Source: Planctomycetota bacterium | GTDB taxonomy: Bacteria > Planctomycetota > UBA1135 > UBA2386 | Reading direction: 5' to 3' | DNA length: 64,000 nucleotides | Assembly: GCA_046290465.1 (NCBI GenBank) | Contig: JBKAGP010000001.1 | Span: 384,001 to 448,000 of the forward strand | In this document: positions 50,295 through 58,812 of the stretch, piece by piece | Layout of the letters: every line of letters starts with the position of its first letter | How positions within the stretch are numbered: the first letter of the stretch is position 1 | Program-made: the position numbers and the translations under genes | The notes under the pieces: generated by a model | Told to the model about the DNA's origin: nothing | Database searches by the model: none | Seen by the model: only the letters and a program-made list of their open reading frames with translations

Positions 50295-51628
50295 TCGCGA
50301 GAGGTTGGATCTGGCTCTTCCTGGCCGCGGCGCTGGGCGCGCAGGAGCGCTGCTACGTGCAGGTCGACGCGGTCGAGCAGGCGTTCGTGCAGCAGCCGGT
50401 GGTCGTCTCGGTGACGATCGGCTGGGACCGCGCCTGGTTCGAACAGCACGGCGTCGCGCTGATCCGGCAGCCGACCGATGCGCCGGTGCACGTCGACCTG
50501 CCGTGGCTGCGCGCCGCGCCGGAGCGGGCGGTGACGTTCTCCCCGGTGGGGGACGACGAGCTGGCGGCGACCGTCGCGGTCGGCGACCGCATGGTCGCGG
50601 CGACGGCGCTCGGCGACGAGCAGCGCGATGGCACCACCTACGCGCGCGTGCAGCTGCGCTGCCGCTGGCTGCCGCTGACGGCCGGCGTGCAGGCGATCGA
50701 CCCAGTGCGCGTGCGCTACGCCTACGCGACCAGGTTCCGCGAGCACCTGCTGCGCGGTCGCGAGCCGGTCGACCGGCAGGACGGCGAGGTGCGCAGCGAG
50801 CCGCGCACGCTGGAGGTGCGACGGCTGGTCGGGGATGCGCCCGACGACTACACCGGTGCCGTCGGCGACTTCGACGTCGAGGTCACCAGCGGCGGCCAGC
50901 AGGTGCACGTCGGCGAGACGTTCCAGGTCGAGATGTTCGTGGTCGGCGACGGCAACCTCGAGCGCTTCCGCAAGCCGCAGCGCGTCGCGCTGGACGGCTT
51001 CCACGTGCAGGGCGTGGTCGAGCGCGAACGGGACGGCGGCCGCGTGTTCGTGTTCGACGTGGTGGCGCTGCGCGAGGGCATGACCGAACTCGCCGGCCTG
51101 TCGCTGGTCAGCTACGCGCCGGAGCAGCGCGCGTTCGTGCGGCTGGGCGGCGAGCCGGTGCCGGTGCGCGTGCTGCCGCGCCGCGAAGGCGTCGAGCTCG
51201 CCGAGGGCATCGAGGAGCTGATCCGCGAGGACGCGCTGCGGCGCGATCCGGGCTCCTGGTGGCTGCGCTGGCTGTTCGTCGGCCTCGCCATCGGAGGCCT
51301 GGTCGTGCACCGCTTCGGCCAGACCCGGCGCCGCCGCCGTCGCCTGGACGCCGGCATGAACGACCTGCGGCTGGCGCTCGGCAGCGGCGACGCTGCCCGT
51401 TCGGCCGCTGCGTTCGAGGCGCTGCTCGCCCGCGTCGGCGGCGGCGACACCTTCGCCGTCCCGATCGTCTGGGAATCGCTGCACAAGCGCGGCGTCGCCC
51501 CCGAAGGGATGATCCGCCTCAAGGAGTTGCACGCCGCGCTGGACCAGGCCCGCTTCGGCGGCCCGATGCCCGACCCCACCGACGTCCTCGCCGCCGCCGA
51601 AACCCTGCGCCAAGCCGCCCGCCCCTGA
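50291..51628 (+). CDS. BatD-like protein
   Basis: Signal peptide, two beta-sandwich domains with YTGAVGDF and VGDGNL motifs, TM near the C-terminus. Confidence 0.78.
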   Translation: MIARGWIWLFLAAALGAQERCYVQVDAVEQAFVQQPVVVSVTIGWDRAWFEQHGVALIRQPTDAPVHVDLPWLRAAPERAVTFSPVGDDELAATVAVGDRMVAATALGDEQRDGTTYARVQLRCRWLPLTAGVQAIDPVRVRYAYATRFREHLLRGREPVDRQDGEVRSEPRTLEVRRLVGDAPDDYTGAVGDFDVEVTSGGQQVHVGETFQVEMFVVGDGNLERFRKPQRVALDGFHVQGVVERERDGGRVFVFDVVALREGMTELAGLSLVSYAPEQRAFVRLGGEPVPVRVLPRREGVELAEGIEELIREDALRRDPGSWWLRWLFVGLAIGGLVVHRFGQTRRRRRRLDAGMNDLRLALGSGDAARSAAAFEALLARVGGGDTFAVPIVWESLHKRGVAPEGMIRLKELHAALDQARFGGPMPDPTDVLAAAETLRQAARP

Positions 51629-51797
51629 CCGTTCGGTTACGTCTGGTTCCGGGAGCCGATCATGCGGACCGGTCGATGCGACGCGAACGGAGCCGCCAGG
51701 ATCGACGTCGCAGCGGCATCTCGATGCGGGTCGTTCCTCGCAAGCGAAGGGTGGGGTGGACCTTGCTGATGCGGTACGCTCGCGACGCCGGCCCTGA

Positions 51798-51883
51798 GCG
51801 GGGGTGGCGGAATTGGCATACGCAGCGGCCTTAAAAGCCGCGGGCCGGTAACGGTCGTGCGGGTTCGAACCCCGCCCCCCGCA
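51798..51883 (+). tRNA. tRNA-Leu(UAA), CCA not encoded
   Basis: Acceptor GCGGGGG/CCCCCGC+A; D-arm TGGCGGAATTGGCATACGC; anticodon stem GCGGC-CTTAAAA-GCCGC; long variable arm; GGTTCGAAC T-loop. Confidence 0.96.
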
Positions 51884-51993
51884 TGTTTCGTTCGCGACGT
51901 CGGCGCGGGTGAGTTCCGGGTCCCGGCGTGGCGACGTTCTCAGGGTGGCCACGCCGCTGTTGCGTCACCCGGTCGCAGGCCATCGTGCGTTGC

Positions 51994-52063
51994 CTGTCGA
52001 GTCGTGGCTGTCGAGTCGTGGCTGTCGAGTCGCGGCTGTCGAGTCGCGGCCACCGAGTCCCGC
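51994..52063. repeat. 14-bp tandem repeat CTGTCGAGTCG(T/C)GG x4 plus a degenerate fifth copy
   Basis: Units start at 51994 and 52008 (T variant), 52022 and 52036 (C variant); degenerate CCACCGAGTCCCGC at 52050. Confidence 0.93.
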
Positions 52064-52094
52064 GCGCAGCACGCATGCTGCGCCAGCAGGGAAA

Positions 52095-52168
52095 TGGAGG
52101 TCGCGGGCGGAATCGAACCGCCGTAGACGGATTTGCAATCCGTTGCCTAACCACTTGGCTACGCGACC
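52095..52168 (-). tRNA. tRNA-Cys(GCA), CCA encoded
   Basis: Reverse complement GGTCGCGTAGCCAAGTGGTTAGGCAACGGATTGCAAATCCGTCTACGGCGGTTCGATTCCGCCCGCGACCTCCA; anticodon GCA; U73 discriminator. Confidence 0.97.
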
Positions 52169-52305
52169 TTGCGGGGCAGCAAGGTAGCCGTCGGTGAAGG
52201 TGGCGCAAGAGGCAATCCTGTGCCGGACCCAGAATGCTGTCCGGCGGACGTCGCGACTCGCTATGCTGCTCGCCCCCGTCGAACGGGCAAGAACCCCCAG
52301 ACTTC

Positions 52306-52560
52306 GTGAAGACCAAGAAGAACATCCATTTCGAGTTCAGCCAGGACCTCGTCCGCGAGCCGCTGCTCTACCAGATCAACCGCTCGTTCGACGTCGTCGT
52401 GAACATCCGCGGCGCGTCGGTGACCGACGAGGGCGGCTTCATCGCCCTCGAGCTGGAGGGCACCGACGAGGAGCTCCAGCGCGTGCTCGACTACCTCAAG
52501 GGCCAGGGCGTCAAGCTCGGCGAAGGCCTGGGCGACGAAGGCGGCAGCCAGGAGCAATAG
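52306..52560 (+). CDS. stand-alone NIL domain protein (84 aa)
   Basis: FEFSQDLVREPLLYQINRSFDVVVNIRGASV..EGGFIALELEG...LQRVLDYLKGQGV matches the NIL/MetN-C pattern (EP.i..l...f.v.vNI..a.v....G.l.lel.G). Confidence 0.8.
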   Translation: MKTKKNIHFEFSQDLVREPLLYQINRSFDVVVNIRGASVTDEGGFIALELEGTDEELQRVLDYLKGQGVKLGEGLGDEGGSQEQ

Positions 52561-54249
52561 ATGAAGGTGCGCGCGCTCGGGGCGTTCTTGTTCACGGTCG
52601 TGCTGCTCGGCAGCGTCGGCCCGCAGCCCAACGACCTGGTCGCCCGCGGCGAGCACGGGGTCGTGGTCACGCAGGATCCGCATGCGACCCAGGTCGGCAT
52701 CGACGTGCTGCGCAACGGCGGCAACGCGGTCGACGCGGCGGTGGCGGTGGCGCTGACGCTGGCGGTGACGCACCCGCAGGCGGGCAACCTCGGCGGCGGC
52801 GGCTTCTTCGTCTACCGCAAGCTCGACGGCACGGTCGAGACGATCGACTTCCGTGAGCGCGCCCCGAAGTCGGCGACGCGCGACATGTACCTGAAGGCCG
52901 ACGGTTCGGTCGACAACGACAAGGTGCAGCTCGGGGTCACCGCGGCCGGCGTGCCGGGCAGTCCCGCCGGCATGCTGCACGCGCTGCAGAAGTTCGGCAC
53001 CAAGAGCCTCGCCGAGCTGGCCGAACCGGCGATCCGGCTGGCGCGCGAGGGCTTCCCGGTCGACCAGCACCTGGCCGGCTCGCTGCGATACAAGCGGCGC
53101 CAGCTGTCGCGGTTCGCCTCGACCCGCAAGATCTTCTTCAAGGACGGCGCCCCGCTCGGGCAGGGGGACGTGCTGGTGCAGACCGATCTCGCCGACACGC
53201 TGCAGCGGTTCGCCGAGGGCGGCCAGAAGGGCTTCTACGACGGCGAGACCGCCGCGCGGCTGGCGGCGCACATGGAACGCGACGGCGGCTTCGTCACCGT
53301 CGACGACCTGCGCGCCTACGCGCCGGCCGAACGCGCGCCGCTGCGCACGACCTACCGCGGCTACGAAGTCATCAGCATGGGGCCGCCTTCGTCGGGCGGC
53401 GTCGCGATGATCCAGATGCTGAACATGCTGTCCGCCTACGACCTGGCGCAGTTCGGGTGGGGGAGCAGTGACTACATCCACCTGCTGACCGAGGTGATGC
53501 GGCGCGCCTACGCCGACCGCGGCCGCTGGCTCGGCGACCCGGACTTCTACGAGGTTCCGGTCGAAGGCCTGATCAGCAAGGACTACGCCCGCCAGCGCGG
53601 GGCGACGATCGACCTCGACAAGGTCAGCAAGGTCGCGCCCGGCGTGCCGGCCGGCAGGAAGGAGTCGGACGACACGACGCACTTCTCGATCATCGATCGC
53701 GACGGCAACGCGGTGTCGTGCACGACCACGATCAACTCGACGTTCGGCTCGTGCTGCATCGCCGACGGCTGCGGCTTCTTCCTGAACAACGAGATGGACG
53801 ACTTCTCGGCGAAGCCGGGGGTGCCCAACCAGTTCGGCCTGATCGGCGGCAAGGCCAACGCGATCGAGCCCGGCAAGCGCATGCTGTCGTCAATGACGCC
53901 GACGATCGTCTGCAAGGACGGCAAGCTGCGCTACGTGATCGGCGCGCCCGGTGGCGGCCGCATCATCACCGCGGTGACGCAGGTGCTGCTCAACTGTGTC
54001 GACCACGGCATGCCGCTCGACCTCGCCGTCGAAGCGCCGCGCGTGCACCACCAGTGGCTGCCCGACCACATCCAGTGGGAACCGCTGGCGCTGCCCGGTG
54101 ACGTGCGGCGGGCGCTGGCGGCCAAGGGACACCACTTCGCCGACTCGCCGCGCGGCATCGCGCTGGTGTTCGCGGCCGAACTGCGAGACGACGGCACCCG
54201 CGTCGGCGTCGCGGATGTTCGCAGTGGCGGTGCGGCTGCGGCATACTGA
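52561..54249 (+). CDS. ggt: gamma-glutamyltransferase, exported
   Basis: GGNAVDAAVA, GNLGGGGF, IDFRERAP, PPSSGG, autocleavage TTHFS, LNNEMDDFS, LSSMTPT, GAPGGGRI; signal peptide. Confidence 0.97.
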   Translation: MKVRALGAFLFTVVLLGSVGPQPNDLVARGEHGVVVTQDPHATQVGIDVLRNGGNAVDAAVAVALTLAVTHPQAGNLGGGGFFVYRKLDGTVETIDFRERAPKSATRDMYLKADGSVDNDKVQLGVTAAGVPGSPAGMLHALQKFGTKSLAELAEPAIRLAREGFPVDQHLAGSLRYKRRQLSRFASTRKIFFKDGAPLGQGDVLVQTDLADTLQRFAEGGQKGFYDGETAARLAAHMERDGGFVTVDDLRAYAPAERAPLRTTYRGYEVISMGPPSSGGVAMIQMLNMLSAYDLAQFGWGSSDYIHLLTEVMRRAYADRGRWLGDPDFYEVPVEGLISKDYARQRGATIDLDKVSKVAPGVPAGRKESDDTTHFSIIDRDGNAVSCTTTINSTFGSCCIADGCGFFLNNEMDDFSAKPGVPNQFGLIGGKANAIEPGKRMLSSMTPTIVCKDGKLRYVIGAPGGGRIITAVTQVLLNCVDHGMPLDLAVEAPRVHHQWLPDHIQWEPLALPGDVRRALAAKGHHFADSPRGIALVFAAELRDDGTRVGVADVRSGGAAAAY

Positions 54250-54254
54250 GGCCG

Positions 54255-54953
<699 letters not shown>

Positions 54954-55010
54954 ACGCTGGCCCGTAGCCCGCTCAGCAGGTATCTTCTCCCACTTCCCCC
55001 AACTTTCTGA

Positions 55011-55979
55011 ATGGCAGCGAACGACATGGCTTGGACCCGCTTCGGCAAGAAGAAGGACATGCCCGGTGGGCTCTGGATCAAGTGCGAGTCCTGTGGGGCG
55101 ATGCTCTTCCGCAAGGAATTCGAGCAGCGCAACCGGGTCTGCCAGAACTGCAACTACCACTTCACGCTGCCGGCGCGTGAGCGCGTCGCGCTGACGGCCG
55201 ACGAGGGCTCGTTCGACGAGATCTGGGATCGCCTCGGCGCCGAGGACGTGCTCGAGTTCAACGACCGCATGCCCTACGGCGAGAAGCTCAAGGCGACGCG
55301 CGCCAAGACCGGCGAGTCGGACGCGATGGTCACCGGCCTCGCCAAGATCAAGGGCATCCCGTGCGCGCTGGGGGTGATGAACTTCCAGTTCCTCGGCGGC
55401 TCGATGGGCATGGTCGTCGGCGAGAAGATCGCGCGGTTGTGCGAACGCGCGCTCGCGGACGGCCTGCCGGTGGTGCTGTTCGCGTGCTCGGGCGGGGCCC
55501 GCATGCACGAGGGTGCGGTCTCGCTGATGCAGATGGCCAAGACCTGCGGTGCGCTGCAGAAGCTGCACGCCGCCGGCGGTGTCTCGATCTCGGTGATGAC
55601 GCACCCGACCACGGGCGGCGTCACCGCGTCGTTCGCGTCGGTCTGTGACTTCCTGATCGCCGAGCCCGGCGCGCTGATCGGCTTCGCCGGCCCGCGCGTG
55701 ATCGCGACCACCATCAAGAAGGAGCTGCCGAAGGGCTTCCAGCGCTCGGAGTTCTTGCTCGAGAAGGGTCAGATCGACCGCATCGTCGACCGCGCGCAGC
55801 TGCGCGACGAACTGGCGCGGCTGTTGGCCTACGCCACCGGCGGCGATCCGGTCGCCGCCTACAAGCCGGAGAAGGCTGCCGGCGGCGATGCGCCGGCCGA
55901 GGCCGAGGCCGCTGCCGACGACAAGCCGGCGAAGAAGGCCAAGAAGACCAGGTCCAAGGCCAAGGCCAAGAAGGACTGA
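55011..55979 (+). CDS. accD: acetyl-CoA carboxylase carboxyltransferase beta subunit
   Basis: LWIKCESC...VCQNC Zn finger, GGSMG.VVGEK, SGGARMHEG, PTTGGVTASFA, FAGPRVI, FQRSEFL. Alternative start 55026; Lys/Ala-rich tail. Confidence 0.97.
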   Translation: MAANDMAWTRFGKKKDMPGGLWIKCESCGAMLFRKEFEQRNRVCQNCNYHFTLPARERVALTADEGSFDEIWDRLGAEDVLEFNDRMPYGEKLKATRAKTGESDAMVTGLAKIKGIPCALGVMNFQFLGGSMGMVVGEKIARLCERALADGLPVVLFACSGGARMHEGAVSLMQMAKTCGALQKLHAAGGVSISVMTHPTTGGVTASFASVCDFLIAEPGALIGFAGPRVIATTIKKELPKGFQRSEFLLEKGQIDRIVDRAQLRDELARLLAYATGGDPVAAYKPEKAAGGDAPAEAEAAADDKPAKKAKKTRSKAKAKKD

Positions 55980-55983
55980 TCGC

Positions 55984-57033
55984 ATGAAGCCGATGCGCCC
56001 CGTCCCGCGGGGCTGCGGCGCCGGCTTGTTCGACGGCCGCTACAAGGTGGAGCCCGAGGACTTCGTCGTCGAGGAGGTCCCGGCCTACGAGCCGAGCGGC
56101 GAGGGCCAGCACGTCTGGCTCTGGGTCGAGAAGCGCGGGCTGTCGACGCTCGACATGCTTAAGGAGTTCGGGCGGCAGCTCGGCCGCCACGAGAAGTCGT
56201 TCGGCATCGCCGGCCTCAAGGACGCGCGCGCGATCAGCCGGCAGTGGGTCAGCGTCGACCTCGGCGACGAACGCGCCTGCCGCGAGCTCGACGGCCAGGG
56301 CTTCCGGGTGCTGAAGGTCTCGCGACACGGCAACAAGCTGCGGCTCGGGCATTCGCGCGGCAATCGCTTCGAGATCGTGCTGCGCCACTGCAGCGACGGG
56401 GCGCTCGAGATCGCGCAGCAGAACCTCGCCGAGCTCGAGGAGAACGGGGTGCCGAACTACTTCGGCGAGCAGCGCTTCGGCAAGCGCGGCGCCAACCTGG
56501 CCAAGGGCCTCGAGGCGCTGCGCGGCGACGCGCGGCAGATGTCGCGGCGCATGCCGCGCCGGGTCTTCGGCCTGGTGCTCTCGGCCGTGCAGAGCGAGCT
56601 GTTCAACCGGGTCGTTGGCAAGCGGCTCGACCGCCTCTCTACCATCCTGCCCGGTGACCTCGCGCAGCTGCACAAGAACGGCGCGGTGTTCACGGTCGAG
56701 GACCCGCAGCAGGAGCAGGCCCGCGCCGATGCGCTCGAACTGTCGCCGTCCGGGCCGATGCCGGGGCCGGACATGATGGTGCCGACCGGCGAGCCGCTCG
56801 AGATCGAGCTGCAGGCGCTGGCAGAACTGTCGCTGACCGGTGAGGAGTTCAACGACCTGCCGTTCGGCCTGGCTCGCGGCGAACGTCGGCCGCTCCGCTG
56901 CCCGCTCAAGAAGCCCTCGGCCCGGGCCCACGAGCACGGCGTGCACCTCGGCTTCACGCTGCCGAAGGGCAGCTACGCCACGTCGGTGCTGCGCGAACTG
57001 CTGACCGACACGATCTGGTTCGCGCAGCGGTAG
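55984..57033 (+). CDS. truD: tRNA pseudouridine(13) synthase
   Basis: PEDFVVEE, GEGQH, AGLKDARAISRQW, GNRFEIVLR, GVPNYFGEQRFG, SAVQSELFN, FTLPKGSYAT. Confidence 0.96.
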   Translation: MKPMRPVPRGCGAGLFDGRYKVEPEDFVVEEVPAYEPSGEGQHVWLWVEKRGLSTLDMLKEFGRQLGRHEKSFGIAGLKDARAISRQWVSVDLGDERACRELDGQGFRVLKVSRHGNKLRLGHSRGNRFEIVLRHCSDGALEIAQQNLAELEENGVPNYFGEQRFGKRGANLAKGLEALRGDARQMSRRMPRRVFGLVLSAVQSELFNRVVGKRLDRLSTILPGDLAQLHKNGAVFTVEDPQQEQARADALELSPSGPMPGPDMMVPTGEPLEIELQALAELSLTGEEFNDLPFGLARGERRPLRCPLKKPSARAHEHGVHLGFTLPKGSYATSVLRELLTDTIWFAQR

Positions 57034-57042
57034 CCGGTCGCC

Positions 57043-58812
57043 CTACCCGAGCACGTCGGCCAGCCCAGAACGGCGAGCCGGCCACAGGCGCAGGCCGGCG
57101 TCGAGCAGCTGCGCGTCGGCGCAGACGACGGCCTTGCGGCGGGCCCGCGTGACGCCGGTGTAGATCAGCGACGCGTGGTTGAGCGGGCTCTCCACGTCGG
57201 GCAGCACCAGCAGCACGTGGTCGAACTCGCTGCCCTGCGCCTTGTGCACGGTCATCGCCCAGGCGGTCTCGTGGGCGGGCAGGCGGCGCGGGCTCAGTTC
57301 GCGCGTGCGGCCGTTCTGGTCGCGGATCCAGACCACCGGCGAGCCGTCGTCGCGGCGCCCGCAGACGCCGAGGTCGCCGTTCCAGATGCGGTTGTTCTGG
57401 TCGTTGGCGGTCACCAGGATCGGGCGGCCGACGTAGTACGGCTCGTCGGTGCGGTGGCCGCGCTCGGCGAGGTGGCGCTCGACGTGCTGGTTCCACTGCA
57501 CCGCGCCGGTCGGGCCGAGCCGCATCGCGGTCAGCACGCGCGCGTGCGGGATCGCCGCCAACGCGCGCTCGGGGTCGTTGGCCAGCGCCGCGTCCAGCAG
57601 GTGCTCGAGCTGCGGCAAGAACGTCGCCAGCGCCGCGTCGGGATCGTGCAGCAGCGACAGGTCGTCGTGGCCGTGGCGCAGCGCCTCGAGCGCGCGGTCG
57701 GGTTGCCGCTGCATCAACGCCTGCGCGAACGCGCCGATGCCCGGCTGCTTGCCGAAGCGGTGGTTCTTCCACAGCGAGACCGTGGCGTTGGCGATCGGCG
57801 CGGCGTCCATCTGGGTCGCGACCTCCATGCCGGTCGCCTCGCGCACGAACGTCGCAAGCTCGGCGCCGAGGCCGCGCTCGGGGCGGGCGGCGTGGGTCAG
57901 GTCGCCGAGCACCTGGCCGGCGGCGACGGCGGCCAGCTGGTCCTTGTCGCCGACCAGCACCAGCCGCGCCCGTTCGTGCAGCGCGTCGCACAGCACCGCG
58001 AAGATCGCCGGGTCGACCATCGAGACCTCGTCGACGACGACCAGGTCGAACGGCAGCTGCTGGTCGCGGCCGAACCGGAACGCGTCGTCGAGCGGCAGGT
58101 AGCCGAGCAGCCGGTGCAGGGTGCGGGGCTCGAGGTCGCGCAGCGGCTCGGCCAGCTCGGGCCGTTCGGCGCCGCGTTCTGCCAGCGCTTCGCCGAGCCG
58201 CGCCGCCGCCTTGCCGGTCGGCGCAGCGATCGCGACGCGCAGCGTCGGGTCGTCGTGCAGCAGCACCGACAGCAGCTTGGCGACGGTGGTGGTCTTGCCG
58301 GTGCCCGGTCCGCCGCACAGCACCGTCAGCGAACGGGTGGCCCCGGCGACGACCGCGGCGAGCTGCCAATCGGGTTCGCTCGGTTGTCCGTCCGGCAGCA
58401 GCGACACGGTCTGCAGCGTCTCGCGCAGCTGGGCGGCACTGCGCAGCGGCGGCCGCTGCAGCCGGTCGGAGACGAACGCGGCGATGCGGCGCTCGGCGCG
58501 GAAGTGCCGCAGCGTGTAGAGGCGGTGCCGTTCGTCGAGCACCAACGGCAGCGGCGCCGCTCCCGGCGCGTCCGTCGTGACCACGCCGGTCGCGAGCAGG
58601 CCGTCCCGCGCTTCCTGCAGCGTCGGTCGCGGCGGTTCGTCGTCGAGCGGCGGCTCGTCGCACCAGGCGGCGAGGTCGATGCAGACGTGGCCCTCGTCGC
58701 GCGCGGTGCCCAGCATCAGGCACGCCCGTCGCAACAACTCGAGATCGCCGCCGCTGCCGAGCCGCGTCAGCAGGTCGGCGTGCAGCGTCGCCAGCGTCGG
58801 GGACGCGCTCAT
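57043..58812 (-). CDS. recD: exodeoxyribonuclease V alpha subunit
   Basis: DWQLAAV, GGPGTGKTTTV, APTGKAAARL, TLHRLLG, VVDEVSMVD, GDKDQL, NGDLG, AMTVHKAQGSEF, YTGVTRAR. Confidence 0.96.
   Translation of the reverse strand: MSASPTLATLHADLLTRLGSGGDLELLRRACLMLGTARDEGHVCIDLAAWCDEPPLDDEPPRPTLQEARDGLLATGVVTTDAPGAAPLPLVLDERHRLYTLRHFRAERRIAAFVSDRLQRPPLRSAAQLRETLQTVSLLPDGQPSEPDWQLAAVVAGATRSLTVLCGGPGTGKTTTVAKLLSVLLHDDPTLRVAIAAPTGKAAARLGEALAERGAERPELAEPLRDLEPRTLHRLLGYLPLDDAFRFGRDQQLPFDLVVVDEVSMVDPAIFAVLCDALHERARLVLVGDKDQLAAVAAGQVLGDLTHAARPERGLGAELATFVREATGMEVATQMDAAPIANATVSLWKNHRFGKQPGIGAFAQALMQRQPDRALEALRHGHDDLSLLHDPDAALATFLPQLEHLLDAALANDPERALAAIPHARVLTAMRLGPTGAVQWNQHVERHLAERGHRTDEPYYVGRPILVTANDQNNRIWNGDLGVCGRRDDGSPVVWIRDQNGRTRELSPRRLPAHETAWAMTVHKAQGSEFDHVLLVLPDVESPLNHASLIYTGVTRARRKAVVCADAQLLDAGLRLWPARRSGLADVLG

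Noticed and set aside
51994..52063. Repeat arrays here and at 15321-15368 as a CRISPR or mini-CRISPR
   Set aside because: The units are 14-16 bp, directly adjacent with no spacers, and there are no cas genes.
51798..52168. tRNA-anchored genomic island or prophage
   Set aside because: No integrase, no duplicated tRNA 3' end seen, no compositional shift; the flanks are housekeeping and Bat genes.
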